A stretch of DNA of 58,504 nt from positions 1 through 58,504 of the forward strand of contig CBDHHL010000018.1 in NCBI GenBank assembly GCA_965263355.1, in the 5' to 3' direction. The stretch comes from Leptolyngbyaceae cyanobacterium (GTDB lineage Bacteria > Cyanobacteriota > Cyanobacteriia > Phormidesmidales > Phormidesmidaceae). Position 1 is the first letter of the stretch, and every line of letters starts with the position of its first letter. A program made the position numbers and the translations under genes. This document shows, one piece after another, positions 26,723-36,898 of the stretch. A model generated the notes under the pieces. It ran no database searches and was not told where the DNA came from. It was given only the letters and a program-made list of their open reading frames with translations.

Positions 26723-27457
26723 ATGAGCCATTGGATACGGGCAGAGAAAGATACTTGGCTAAAGAAATCAACAGCCCCTGCAGACAAGCTGGAAGCCGAT
26801 CAAAAGCGTAAAGTAGCTGCTGGCACTCACTATCCAGTGGATGGCTACGAAGAACTTAAAAACTTTCACTTTCTTGTCGAGCTAGAAGATGGTAATTGGA
26901 TCATCTTTGACAACGGCACCGAAGGACAATGGAGTCACTGGGTTCTGAGCTGGGAAGAAGATACTGAAGAAAAAGAACCCACACCACCAGCTGCCATCGT
27001 TAGTGCTGTGCCTACAACCAGTGCTACAGGGCCGAATCTGACCCCTGGCATGCCGTTCAGCACCCGAATAACGCCACATATTACGTATGGTGAGTTCGCG
27101 CTATATCAAGAGGCTAGACGGTTTGACTATCAGCACCAATGCAGGACAGCCTATGAGCTGGCAATGTTTTTAGAAAAGTGTCGAGCTCACTTTGGTGGGA
27201 AGCCAGTCCGTCTGCATAGCGGATATCGACCTCCTAAAATCAACAGATCGGTAGGTGGTGCGAGTAAATCAGAGCATCTTTTCTCTAACCCCATGACTGG
27301 CGCTGTAGATTTCTCGATTGTGGGGGTGAATATCTACGATGTTCAGTCTTATTGTTTGGCCCATTGGAGTGCTAGCGTGGGTAAGGGTGCCAATCGTGGA
27401 TTCGTCCATCTGGGAATCAGAGGTTCACGTAACCGTAAGATTGCTTGGCAATATTAA
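26723..27457 (+). CDS. Endolysin, peptidase M15A (Zn D-Ala-D-Ala peptidase family), with N-terminal accessory domain
   Basis: SGYRPP..N..VGGA..SEH......AVD...FVHL motifs. Confidence 0.9.
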   Translation: MSHWIRAEKDTWLKKSTAPADKLEADQKRKVAAGTHYPVDGYEELKNFHFLVELEDGNWIIFDNGTEGQWSHWVLSWEEDTEEKEPTPPAAIVSAVPTTSATGPNLTPGMPFSTRITPHITYGEFALYQEARRFDYQHQCRTAYELAMFLEKCRAHFGGKPVRLHSGYRPPKINRSVGGASKSEHLFSNPMTGAVDFSIVGVNIYDVQSYCLAHWSASVGKGANRGFVHLGIRGSRNRKIAWQY

Positions 27458-27500
27458 GTTACGACAAAGGACGATAAAAGATTTTTAGAGTATTCTTGAG

Positions 27501-27854
27501 GTGATTTCCGCTTTCACCTGCCTCAGAATTATGGACAACACAGCTCTTATTGAAGCACTGATCGGCACAACTGGCATTGCCTCAATTGTTGGTACAGCTT
27601 TGCTGGCTCGGACTCCTTTGTTATCTAAGCTAAGTGAGCTAGCAGAATTAAAGCAAAAAGTTGAAGCATTAATAGACACTAGATTAAGCCAGCTTGAATC
27701 GAAAGTTTCTTACATCCAGGGTAAGTTTGAGACCATTGAGAACATTTTGAGTGATGGCATTGTAACGCCTTCCGAAGCTGGGATGCTTCAGAATGAGTAT
27801 CGCGATATCAAAAGTGAAATTGCTAAGATCGTAAAAGGAGGTGATGCAGCGTGA
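27501..27854 (+). CDS. Holin-like/lysis-associated membrane protein (start probably 27531)
   Basis: N-terminal TM plus coiled coil, immediately after the endolysin. Confidence 0.5.
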   Translation: MISAFTCLRIMDNTALIEALIGTTGIASIVGTALLARTPLLSKLSELAELKQKVEALIDTRLSQLESKVSYIQGKFETIENILSDGIVTPSEAGMLQNEYRDIKSEIAKIVKGGDAA

Positions 27855-28171
27855 GCTTCCTAAAATTCGTTCGAAAGAATTTAGGTGCATTCACAACCGC
27901 ATTTCAGATTGGCAATAAAATTATCAGCCCTGGCTCTCCTGATGAGCTAAGTGTTGATACTCTTCAAGCCATGAATACATGGTTTCTTGGAGAGTCAGCA
28001 GTAAAGGATCAACCCTTCCCTGATTTAGACAATGGTGATCGTGTTCTCAGTGATGCCTTCGAGCTGGATGGTTGGGGATGGGTTTGGAATCAAAGGCAGT
28101 TTGTCTGTCGCCATCGTGAGAGTGGGATAGAATCCCGTTGGCTTGATGGCAGGACAGCCCCAATGATGTAG
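27851..28171 (+). CDS. Hypothetical protein in the lysis module
   Basis: GTGA-coupled ORF with AGGAGG RBS. Confidence 0.6.
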   Translation: MSFLKFVRKNLGAFTTAFQIGNKIISPGSPDELSVDTLQAMNTWFLGESAVKDQPFPDLDNGDRVLSDAFELDGWGWVWNQRQFVCRHRESGIESRWLDGRTAPMM

Positions 28172-28211
28172 CATAGACGCAATCCTGATTTCCTACAGCA
28201 ACAGCACACAC

Positions 28212-28240
28212 AAGGCCATCCTATGGGTGGTCTTTTTTAT
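28212..28240 (+). terminator. Rho-independent terminator
   Basis: AAGGCCATCC-TATG-GGTGGTCTT plus T-run between convergent operons. Confidence 0.65.
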
Positions 28241-29328
28241 TGGTAAGTGACGCTAGCAGCACACGATATAAAAGCAGCGTTAGGATTGGTAGAACTGGTA
28301 GACCTCAGCTGCAATACAAAATTCTTCAATGCCGCGCCTGTTATCGCGACGTCAATTCTTCTGAGGAATGTTTTAACCGTACCTGGCCCGGTACTTGATC
28401 CAGGTACCGGGAATTCTCCTCTACCTGCGTCCAGGATTTCTTCATAGGTAGTGCTTCCCGGTGCTCTAGCCAGAGATGCCCCCGTAGAGCCTGACAATGT
28501 TGTTTCAGGGGCCATAATCCACTGATCTAATGTGGTGCCTGCTGTACTGACGCCGTTCGCAACAGGGGCTGTCTCAATGGCAGCGATCGCTGCCATCTCT
28601 CTACCAGCACCCAATGAGTTAACAATGCTTATCTCAATTACGGATACGGCTGCAGTGTCTGGAACACTGGCAAAGTCCCATTTAAAATAATAGTAATTTG
28701 GGCTAGTGATATTTAGTATCGCGGCAAAGTATGGAGCGATTAGGGCAGACTGAGTATCAACAATATTTGCCTGGCTGTTTGGCCAATCATCAGTATCGGT
28801 ATCTACAACGTAAGCTGCCGAAGGGGACACAGAACCTGTAGAAACAAGACTGCCCCCGCCGCTACTTGTTACTTCCACCCATGTTCCAGGGTTTGTCCCG
28901 TCGCCTGGTCTCCAGTAATAAAGCTGTGCCGTATCAGCTCGTGACAACATTTGATAGGGAAACAGGGGATACGCTGGAGAATCTTCGTCGTTAGGATCTC
29001 CACTGAATTCTTGCAGCCCTCGGTAATTTCGAAGATTACTAACATCGATTATCAAGCCTTCAATGAGCGGGACAAGTGCTTCTTGCGTCGCTGTATTTGG
29101 CAGGCCGCTAACAATCCCCTGGCCAGCTTGAACGGGTTCACCTATCGCGATCGCCCCATTACTTTTTAGGCCACGAACCGGAACACCACCAGCCGCACCT
29201 AAAGTTTTGTAGCGGTCATTGCCTGCCCATAGAGCAGGTTGTTCTATGGCGCGCCTGAGCTGCTCAGACTGAGCGCTTTCTTCAATCCGCCTTGTTTGGG
29301 CTCTTAGTGTGCGATCGCGTGCTGTCAT
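28237..29328 (-). CDS. Minor tail/receptor-binding-like structural protein
   Basis: Last gene of the tail operon; S/T/G-rich, beta-rich. Confidence 0.6.
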   Translation of the reverse strand: MTARDRTLRAQTRRIEESAQSEQLRRAIEQPALWAGNDRYKTLGAAGGVPVRGLKSNGAIAIGEPVQAGQGIVSGLPNTATQEALVPLIEGLIIDVSNLRNYRGLQEFSGDPNDEDSPAYPLFPYQMLSRADTAQLYYWRPGDGTNPGTWVEVTSSGGGSLVSTGSVSPSAAYVVDTDTDDWPNSQANIVDTQSALIAPYFAAILNITSPNYYYFKWDFASVPDTAAVSVIEISIVNSLGAGREMAAIAAIETAPVANGVSTAGTTLDQWIMAPETTLSGSTGASLARAPGSTTYEEILDAGRGEFPVPGSSTGPGTVKTFLRRIDVAITGAALKNFVLQLRSTSSTNPNAAFISCAASVTYQ

Positions 29329-29723
29329 TAGATCGTTGCGGGGAATGTGAGTGTGATTGGGTTGGGTGCTTCAACTGTTTGGCCGGTGGTTAGTGCAGTA
29401 GTCGTTGCATTAATTTGTAGGCTTCCAGTGCCATCGGTCACCGTAGAGATCTCGTTGGCGCCAGTGTAATGAATGGTGCCAGTACTATCTTCTATCGTGT
29501 AATCTGCTGCCGTACCATCGCCTAGACTGTCATCGGTGTAAGGAGTCCCTTGAAACGTGGCAACACCATTTACTTGAGTAAGGGCCGGAGTGGGTAACGT
29601 GTATTCAAGCAACAGAGTAGCCTGAGACGCCGTATAAACCTTGATTTTGCCACCATCAAAAAGAGTAAGGTTGCCACCGGTCCAAGTGTTTGATCTAAAC
29701 GTGTTTGAGAAAGTGATAGTCAC
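29328..29723 (-). CDS. Virion structural protein
   Basis: T/G-rich; G.IKVY....LL...L..PA....NG pattern of tail-associated proteins. Confidence 0.6.
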   Translation of the reverse strand: MTITFSNTFRSNTWTGGNLTLFDGGKIKVYTASQATLLLEYTLPTPALTQVNGVATFQGTPYTDDSLGDGTAADYTIEDSTGTIHYTGANEISTVTDGTGSLQINATTTALTTGQTVEAPNPITLTFPATI

Positions 29724-29725
29724 TA

Positions 29726-30472
29726 TTAAGAATCTCCGGTTACAAGATTGAGTCCATCTTTGGACCAGTAAGTTATTCGATCAGCACCATTATCCTTGCC
29801 CACTTGGGCGTATCGCTTGACAACAGCCCGAGCTGATTGCTCCTGTCCTTCGGCATATGTGCAGACAACCTCTGATAGATGGCAGGCTAGATTAAGGCTT
29901 TTAACTGCATGAATAATCTTGGTAAGTTTTGGCGCAGGTAATGGCTGTAATAATTTCGAAGCTCCATAGTCAAACGCCTTAGGGATCTTCTTTGTAATAT
30001 CAGCCCTGCACTGAATACCAATACCGTCCAGCAATCCCTCTTTTTTAAGTCTAGCCGCCAGCTCTAGTACCCCATCCCAATAGTTAGGATTTTGAATAGC
30101 ATATTCATTGAGATAAAGCTGAGCATTTGGGCAAAGAACGCGCATCTTTTCAAATGCTTTTGCTTGCCAGTAGTCTCCCCACTGCTCTGTCCCGTAGTTA
30201 CTGCACTCATTGATCACGTCCCATGAGTCGATAACATCGTGAAACCCTGAGGTGATGCCTGCTAAAAATGATTCAAGATCTCCCTTTGGATGTTTCCGCA
30301 GATTGATCAACGGATGGCCATGCAGTTTATAGCCATCCGTTCTTAGTTCCTGAGCCCTGTCTAAAAAAGATTGAGAGGCTTGCTGATTCATCCTGAAATT
30401 AGGGAGTGTTAGCCAAGTGCAGGCTGGTGGGACAGCTTCAGTATTGAGATTGTACTTATATCCGATTTCCAT
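29726..30472 (-). CDS. Glycoside hydrolase family 10-like protein
   Basis: HGHPL, WDVINE (acid/base Glu), LYLNEY, DGIGIQ, HLSE (nucleophile Glu). Confidence 0.8.
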   Translation of the reverse strand: MEIGYKYNLNTEAVPPACTWLTLPNFRMNQQASQSFLDRAQELRTDGYKLHGHPLINLRKHPKGDLESFLAGITSGFHDVIDSWDVINECSNYGTEQWGDYWQAKAFEKMRVLCPNAQLYLNEYAIQNPNYWDGVLELAARLKKEGLLDGIGIQCRADITKKIPKAFDYGASKLLQPLPAPKLTKIIHAVKSLNLACHLSEVVCTYAEGQEQSARAVVKRYAQVGKDNGADRITYWSKDGLNLVTGDS

Positions 30473-30813
30473 TAAAAGATTGCCACCGAATCCCAGAAAG
30501 CAGAACCACCAGGGTTGAAATATATCCTATCAACAGAGTTACCGGTGGAGCCGACAACTACCCTTCCATACGATGTGGGTGTATCTGCACCCCCTGACGG
30601 AGTACTAGTCCCATAAATCATGGCCGTTGGTGTCCAATTCCCCCCGCCTGTTGTTGGCTCAATTATCCATTCGCCATTGTCGGTACGAGAGTTACTAGAA
30701 GCATAGGCATACCAAACATTTTTATCGGTGACAAACCTGAGCCGCGTTTCAGTGACTCCGGTCATATCGAGTGCTCTTAGTGCGGTTATATCCGCTACAA
30801 CATATCCAGGCAT
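30472..30813 (-). CDS. Small tail-fibre/spike N-terminal-like protein
   Basis: VADITALRAL...DNG..II.P..G.G.W motif typical of tailspike head-binding regions. Confidence 0.6.
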   Translation of the reverse strand: MPGYVVADITALRALDMTGVTETRLRFVTDKNVWYAYASSNSRTDNGEWIIEPTTGGGNWTPTAMIYGTSTPSGGADTPTSYGRVVVGSTGNSVDRIYFNPGGSAFWDSVAIF

Positions 30814-32781
30814 TTACAATCCATCCCATTCACTATCGGTCAGTCCATCCCATTGAGAATCTGTCAATGTATCCCATTCCAAGCTTGAAGACGACAGCGT
30901 TCCGCTAAACACTACTCCAGGTAATGCAATAGCCCCTGTCAGCGTAGTTGTCGGCTTAACTACCCCACTGAACGTAATCCCAGGTAGCGTAATAGCACCC
31001 ACTAAAACAGGCACCTGAGTGTATCCATCACCCGCTATCCATATGCCAGCACAATGGGCTGTTGCCCTATTGCGGGTAAATTCCATGGCCAGTGAATCAC
31101 CAAGGTATCGGTAATCTAGGCCCCGATCATTTACCCTGATCTCTGGCAATGGTGGAGTTGTTAGCAGTGCGTCATTAATGGCTAGCTCAATTTCATCACC
31201 AAGGTACCGGCCCACTAATAAACCACGGTGAAGTGCTGCCATAGTATTTCCCCATGGGTCAGGAAAGCCAAATTTTAGGGTATAAAGTCGCTCCCGGTTC
31301 CGTCCTGTTGGCCCCCCACGATGGATATAGGCAGCGGTCCCCTCGTAGTGTTTCTCGCTGGAGAATATCCCGGCTTTAAATGTTTTTGTAGCTGGTGGAT
31401 TGTTTCTAGGGCTAGCAGTGCCCCTGGTAATTGTGCGCTTAGTGCTCCAGATATCTACCTCGGTTTTGTCAACCGTGGAATCCTGAGCTATCAGCGCCTC
31501 ATCTAGCTGGATAGTAGTTTTGTAAATGCCATCAGCAACACGCTCCCATACGGTGGTTCTATCTCGTATTTCACGCTGGTTAAAGTAATCATCTGAATCA
31601 GCGTCTAGCGTCCCTTCCGCAACTTCTTCAACAATGCCAATCGAAGCCACCGTATCATCAGTATCGTAAGCATAGGATGTGGTGGTTAACTGCAGAGTTT
31701 TATCATTGCTACTGGGAGCGCCCGGGACAAATCGCTTTTCCTTGACTTCGATCTCTTCTTCAATTTCTAATAGCTTTGCTTCGAGGGGGTTGGCATTAGG
31801 TTCGTAGCGTTCAGTAACTGTGCGAGTCTCAGACGTAACGATACGATCAACTAGCCCAGCGTCCTGGAAAATCTTAGACTCACGTTCTTTTAGTGTCGTC
31901 GTGGTCTGGATTGTTGACTGAGTATTCTCATCCCCTACAACAAAAGAAATTTCTACCCGTTGTTCACTATCATCTCCCGTCGTGATAGTGATATCTGGGT
32001 TAGGTAGGGTTGTTAAGTCGTAGCCAATGGCGGCACACTTGGTTGTCTCTGGCGGCCGATCTGGATTCTGTAGTGGAGCCCAAACGATATCATCAGTGCC
32101 GATAGTGACGGTAGCGATCGCAGAGCCTGAGGTGAAACTCAGTTGTTTATCTGTAACAGCTCCAGCAACATTCTGATACAGGATTCTCCCATCGTTGGAC
32201 CAGGCCAGTTCTCCAGCCAGTTCAGCAAATGAAGCCGTGTCTTTCCCAAAGGGGTAGTTGATTGTATAGGGCCATGTATTAAGGCTGATGCTACCAGCGG
32301 CTATCTCTGAAGCCTGGAGCAATCGAGACCCGATGACTGAGCAATTCTCTGAGGTGCCAAACGATACCCCAGACGCATCATCATCAAACTGGAAGGAATC
32401 AGCCCATAGAAGTTTGCAGCCAAGAGGGATACTGATTCGCCTACCCTGACTGCTGGGCACGGGCTCTTGCGGTTCATCGATAATGATCAACCGAGAGAAC
32501 CATGTGTCTATCCATGCAGTATTGGCAGTATTGCGGGCACGGATGTAAACAGGCTGCCCTGGTCGCCATCGGCTTGGGTTACTGCGTGGGCTGATGCTCT
32601 CAGGGATGGATACGGTTTCTAGGATTTCCAGATCAGCCTCAACAACGATTTTGCCGCGACCACTTTGATCGGCAAGACTGCTGTAGTTGACAGCGAAGTT
32701 AACTACAGAGGCTGACCAGTCTTGCAGGTCAGTGCCGATGAAAACTTGGAGGTTGCGGGCTCTAATATTGGAGGCTACCAA
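30814..32781 (-). CDS. Tail tip/hub protein
   Basis: Large acidic protein, second gene after the tape measure. Confidence 0.6.
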   Translation of the reverse strand: MVASNIRARNLQVFIGTDLQDWSASVVNFAVNYSSLADQSGRGKIVVEADLEILETVSIPESISPRSNPSRWRPGQPVYIRARNTANTAWIDTWFSRLIIIDEPQEPVPSSQGRRISIPLGCKLLWADSFQFDDDASGVSFGTSENCSVIGSRLLQASEIAAGSISLNTWPYTINYPFGKDTASFAELAGELAWSNDGRILYQNVAGAVTDKQLSFTSGSAIATVTIGTDDIVWAPLQNPDRPPETTKCAAIGYDLTTLPNPDITITTGDDSEQRVEISFVVGDENTQSTIQTTTTLKERESKIFQDAGLVDRIVTSETRTVTERYEPNANPLEAKLLEIEEEIEVKEKRFVPGAPSSNDKTLQLTTTSYAYDTDDTVASIGIVEEVAEGTLDADSDDYFNQREIRDRTTVWERVADGIYKTTIQLDEALIAQDSTVDKTEVDIWSTKRTITRGTASPRNNPPATKTFKAGIFSSEKHYEGTAAYIHRGGPTGRNRERLYTLKFGFPDPWGNTMAALHRGLLVGRYLGDEIELAINDALLTTPPLPEIRVNDRGLDYRYLGDSLAMEFTRNRATAHCAGIWIAGDGYTQVPVLVGAITLPGITFSGVVKPTTTLTGAIALPGVVFSGTLSSSSLEWDTLTDSQWDGLTDSEWDGL

Positions 32782-32784
32782 CGG

Positions 32785-33276
32785 TTACACCTCCTGAAAC
32801 TGAAAAGAGACTACATCAGTCTCATCCTTCGGGTCTTCTGTCCACACAAACGCCCTTGTCGGTTCTGCCGTCCAGATAGGGTAGTAAAGCACTGTATCCC
32901 CATCATCGGCTGATGTACTGCTAGGGGCTAGGCTTTTAGTGGCTGGTGATGTTTCGTTGTACGGGTTGGTGTAATCGTATATCGTCCACGCTTGAGGATT
33001 GCTGTGGTGGACAGCTTCCATTCGCTTCAGGGTTTCTTGCTGGGTCAGGTCTAACCTTGCCTCAAATGTCCATACGGATTTGGGCCTGAAGGCAGTACCT
33101 GATCTTGAGATACCCCCCTCAATGCTGTACTCAATGGAATAGTATTCAGGATCTAAACGCGGATATTCGCTGGGCCGTCTACCAAAGTCGCCAGTTATTG
33201 TGAGCGTGTAATTACCTGAACTGGGCTTAGGGATAATTAAAACTATGCCTTTTTCTGTAGTAGTTGGGTATGCCAC
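32785..33276 (-). CDS. Distal tail protein-like
   Basis: Immediately after the tape measure; ends in F.F.EV. Confidence 0.6.
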   Translation of the reverse strand: MAYPTTTEKGIVLIIPKPSSGNYTLTITGDFGRRPSEYPRLDPEYYSIEYSIEGGISRSGTAFRPKSVWTFEARLDLTQQETLKRMEAVHHSNPQAWTIYDYTNPYNETSPATKSLAPSSTSADDGDTVLYYPIWTAEPTRAFVWTEDPKDETDVVSFQFQEV

Positions 33277-36200
33277 TATAGCCTCCTTGCCCGTTCACGG
33301 CTCAAATTAAAGACCACCTCAGCAGCGTCATTTTGAGGGCTTTCAGCTTCTATATTCAGGTTTTGAATTGTGGGAGGCAGGTTGTCTGGCAGTGCGTCAA
33401 TGGAGTCTTTAACATCGGTTAATTTACCGCTCAATTCTTGGATCTGACTATCTGCGATCGCTATCTCTTGTTGGGCATCCAAAAACGATGAAACACCACC
33501 TAGACCAACAGATTCAAGCACGCTACCGGCAAAGGGATTATCGGACTGAGCAAACCTAAATGCCTCATCAATGCTGAACCCGTCACCACTACGGCTAAAC
33601 CGCTGGGCCTGGTCAATCGCACGTTGCAAATCAGTTGCATCCTGGCCCCCAAACCCACCAGACCGACGTGCAGACCTAAGATTTTCCTCTAACTGGTCTA
33701 AGCTGCTCAGTGCATCCTCACCAGCTACATCCGACAGCCCAGACAGAGACGATACGAGACTATCAGCGGCCCTTGCTCTCTGTTCGGTGGCACTGGCCAG
33801 ATCCTTCTCAGTACGTAGCTGTTCATCAGCAAGGTCTTTCTGTTGTTCCTTGAATGACTGAATCGCCTGTTCTCGTCGTTCCTGCAATGCCGTCTGCTCA
33901 GCCAATTCTTCTTGAGCATTTAGCTGATCTAATTGAAGACTCAATATGTCGCGTTTAGAGTCAGCTTGAGATGCTAAAGATTCGGTTTCCTGCTCTCGTA
34001 ATTGAGTGATTTCTTGAAGTGCATTTATTTCCTCAAAGCTAGCCCCTTCAGCCCTTGCCCTTTCTACTGCAATACGAGACTCGGCAGCGGCGATCTGGCC
34101 TAGCTGTAGTTGTCTATCTGCATCCAGTTGAGCCAGTTGCTGTTGAATCCTTAACTGCTCTCGCTGAGCGCTGAAGTTGGCCTGAATAGATTGACGCTGA
34201 TTGAGTAGCAGACGATCTCTGATAGCCTCAACGCCAGCCACATCATCAACTGCTTCAGCTTCGGCTAATTTGCCCTCTAAATTCTGACGGGAAAGTGACA
34301 GGCGGGATTGCTCTAAATCTACCTGGGCACTAATTAAATTAGTCTGGTCTTGCAATGCCGTAGACGCGATGTTGGACTGGATATTGACTTGCTCAGCTTG
34401 GAGGTCATTGAGTCGTTGTTGTGCGTCTAACTGCTCTAATGCTGCTTTTTTAGCTTCCTCGGCCTTATCCTTGGCAGCATCAGCAGCGGCTTCTTGTGCT
34501 GCAATTTCTTTCTCAATGCCGTCCAGTGTCAGGTCTGCTATTTCTTCACGGATGCCCCTAATCTGATCAGCTGCATCCTTTTCTGAGATAGTCTGACGGC
34601 TGGCAAATTCTTCTATCCTGGCTATTTCTTCCTCTCGCAATGCAATGCGATCGCGGATGGCATCTTGCTCAATCGTAGATACCTGAGTGTCTGCCTCATC
34701 TTCCGTAATCAACCCAGTAGATTGATTCTGACGGACTGCTGCGATGCGGTTCTGTTGAGCAATTTCTATATTTGAGATTGCCTCTTTATTTGCTTGCTCA
34801 AATGCTTCAGCAGCCTCCTTATCAGCCTTAGCTCTTTCGGATGCTGCACGTTTGGCTGCACGTTCTGAATCGACTGCAATCCGTTCAGTAGCAGCCCGAG
34901 AAAAGCGAACAGACTTATCTAGCTCATCTTGCTGAGGGACAAACTGAGATGTATCAACTTCACTACCTTGACCACCTAAATTAAAGTTGTCCAATGCTGT
35001 TTTAGCGGTCCCTAGCACTGGCCCAAACTGGGCAAAGTTACTTAATGCGTTTTGTAATCCTGGTACAGCACCCGTGACCCGATCAGTCACATTTGCGATG
35101 GAATCAGCAATGGAACCAAGGGCCTCAATAGTTGTACTAGCGTTTTGAGCTAATTGCCCTAAGACGTTGGCAAACAACGTTAAGGATTCGATGACTGAAT
35201 CCTGATCAGCAATATTTGAGTAAGCGGAACCAAATGCAATCAATATGTCAGACGCAGCAATGCCAGCTCTGACCAACTGTAAGAGCGTCTCACCTGCGTT
35301 CTCAATACCATCAGCAAAGGCTTCAACATTGCCAGGGTTGGACAGGGCCTGAGTGATTCTATCGAGAATCTCAGCGACCGCTTCAGCCCCACTGCCTACA
35401 AAATTAGTCAGTGCTTCGCCAAGTTGTTCGGCTAATTCTGGATTGCCCGACAATGCCTCTCTTAATCGCTCTCCAGCCTCGGTGAGTGGGTCTAATGCAC
35501 TGGGGTCTATTTCTCTGAATATTGCGGCGAATGTTTCGCTGAATGCCGTCTCTAGTGGCTCAAGTCCTGCCCCTAATTCTTGCTGAAATTCTAGTACAGC
35601 ATTCTCTAAGCTTGCGATCGCTTGCTGTGCTGCTGGAGCTGAGCCTTCGATTTGCTGCAATCCCAGGGTGAAGCCTTCAGCAAAGGTAGCCGCATCCAGC
35701 CCAGTGGAAATGAGATCCAATAGCTCTGATGTGGTGCCAGTGGTTAGAATCCCAAGCTCTTGTAATCCATTGGCTGATGCAGTCAGAGCTACGGGCAATT
35801 GCTCTCCTAACTGCTGTCTTAATTCTTCTAAACTTACTTGTCCCTTAGCGAAAATCTGAGTAAGGGCATTAAACGCTAGCCCTGATTCTGCCGAAGATTT
35901 ACCAAAAATACCCAGCACCCTGGATGTCTCAAAAAATAGCTCATTGACAGCTTCTTGAGGTAGTCCGAACTCAGTAGCAGCGGCGGTAATGCCAGCATAG
36001 TTGTCTTGCAGTGCGCTGAATGATTGGCCGGTGCTCTCAGCTGTACGCCTTAAGAACTCAATTGACTCAGCAGCGGCTTCATTGCTGCCCAAGAGGATAG
36101 TTAACGCGTTGTCAGTGTTTCGTAGCTGAGCATTAGCCTGAATACTGGCAGCAACAAAGCCCGTTACGGCATTGGTTAGCGCTCCAAATGCATCAATAAG

Positions 36201-36605
36201 GCGGTCAAGAACAGCGACAGCAGCACCACCGGCCAGTCCAGACAGAACACTATTTAAGTTCCCTGTGTTCCTGCTAGTGTTTTGCGCTGCATCGCCTACG
36301 CCTCTGATTTTGTTTTCTAGCCGGTCTAATTCTTGATCAGCATCACCAGCAGCAAGTCTATTCAGGGAATCTTCAAGCTGGTTTACTTGAGCCTCAGCCC
36401 TCCCAGTATCTAGATCTATCTCGGCAGATCGAATACTGCTTAGCCTCTGCTCAATTCCTCCTAATGCCGATGCAATGTTAGGTGAGTCAATCCTTAAATC
36501 AATATCGCCAACACTAGCCAATCGACGCTCAAGGTCTGCGATCGCGCGGTCAGTGCTCGCCCGATCTATCCCAACCTTAAACAGTACTCTGCCAGCGTCT
36601 ACCAT
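33276..36605 (-). CDS. Tail tape measure protein
   Basis: 1109 aa, Ala/Gln-rich helical; ALTQIFAKGQVSLEELRQQLGEQLP tape-measure motif. Confidence 0.93.
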   Translation of the reverse strand: MVDAGRVLFKVGIDRASTDRAIADLERRLASVGDIDLRIDSPNIASALGGIEQRLSSIRSAEIDLDTGRAEAQVNQLEDSLNRLAAGDADQELDRLENKIRGVGDAAQNTSRNTGNLNSVLSGLAGGAAVAVLDRLIDAFGALTNAVTGFVAASIQANAQLRNTDNALTILLGSNEAAAESIEFLRRTAESTGQSFSALQDNYAGITAAATEFGLPQEAVNELFFETSRVLGIFGKSSAESGLAFNALTQIFAKGQVSLEELRQQLGEQLPVALTASANGLQELGILTTGTTSELLDLISTGLDAATFAEGFTLGLQQIEGSAPAAQQAIASLENAVLEFQQELGAGLEPLETAFSETFAAIFREIDPSALDPLTEAGERLREALSGNPELAEQLGEALTNFVGSGAEAVAEILDRITQALSNPGNVEAFADGIENAGETLLQLVRAGIAASDILIAFGSAYSNIADQDSVIESLTLFANVLGQLAQNASTTIEALGSIADSIANVTDRVTGAVPGLQNALSNFAQFGPVLGTAKTALDNFNLGGQGSEVDTSQFVPQQDELDKSVRFSRAATERIAVDSERAAKRAASERAKADKEAAEAFEQANKEAISNIEIAQQNRIAAVRQNQSTGLITEDEADTQVSTIEQDAIRDRIALREEEIARIEEFASRQTISEKDAADQIRGIREEIADLTLDGIEKEIAAQEAAADAAKDKAEEAKKAALEQLDAQQRLNDLQAEQVNIQSNIASTALQDQTNLISAQVDLEQSRLSLSRQNLEGKLAEAEAVDDVAGVEAIRDRLLLNQRQSIQANFSAQREQLRIQQQLAQLDADRQLQLGQIAAAESRIAVERARAEGASFEEINALQEITQLREQETESLASQADSKRDILSLQLDQLNAQEELAEQTALQERREQAIQSFKEQQKDLADEQLRTEKDLASATEQRARAADSLVSSLSGLSDVAGEDALSSLDQLEENLRSARRSGGFGGQDATDLQRAIDQAQRFSRSGDGFSIDEAFRFAQSDNPFAGSVLESVGLGGVSSFLDAQQEIAIADSQIQELSGKLTDVKDSIDALPDNLPPTIQNLNIEAESPQNDAAEVVFNLSRERARRL

Positions 36606-36893
36606 TTACAATGCCGCTAATTTCATCTTGTCTATATCAGTGATGCAATCTACCCAAGCAGGTACCTTGCCTTGCTTCCATTGCTCTACGTAAAACTGGG
36701 CTACATCCTCAGGGAACAATTCATTAATCTGTCGTTTGCGTTGGATCAGTTCATACTCGTTAAACCATGCGGTATCTGGTTGTTTTACCCCGTGCAATCG
36801 AGCCGTAACAGAGCCTAGGTTTGCTAATGGCCTAGCTTCTAATTCGAGTTGCTTCAGCCGTTCATCTTCATAGACCTTGATAGCCTGGGCCAC
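36606..36893 (-). CDS. Tail assembly chaperone, C-terminal (T) part reached by -1 frameshift
   Basis: In the -1 frame, open from the slippery site: KKETNWGEIYWKLQLYYP...VAQAIKVYE. Confidence 0.8.
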   Translation of the reverse strand: MAQAIKVYEDERLKQLELEARPLANLGSVTARLHGVKQPDTAWFNEYELIQRKRQINELFPEDVAQFYVEQWKQGKVPAWVDCITDIDKMKLAAL

Positions 36894-36898
36894 GATAC

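Noticed and set aside
33571..36693. Antisense ORFs over the tape measure and other long genes
   Set aside because: Shadow frames of strongly coding genes with no motifs or RBS
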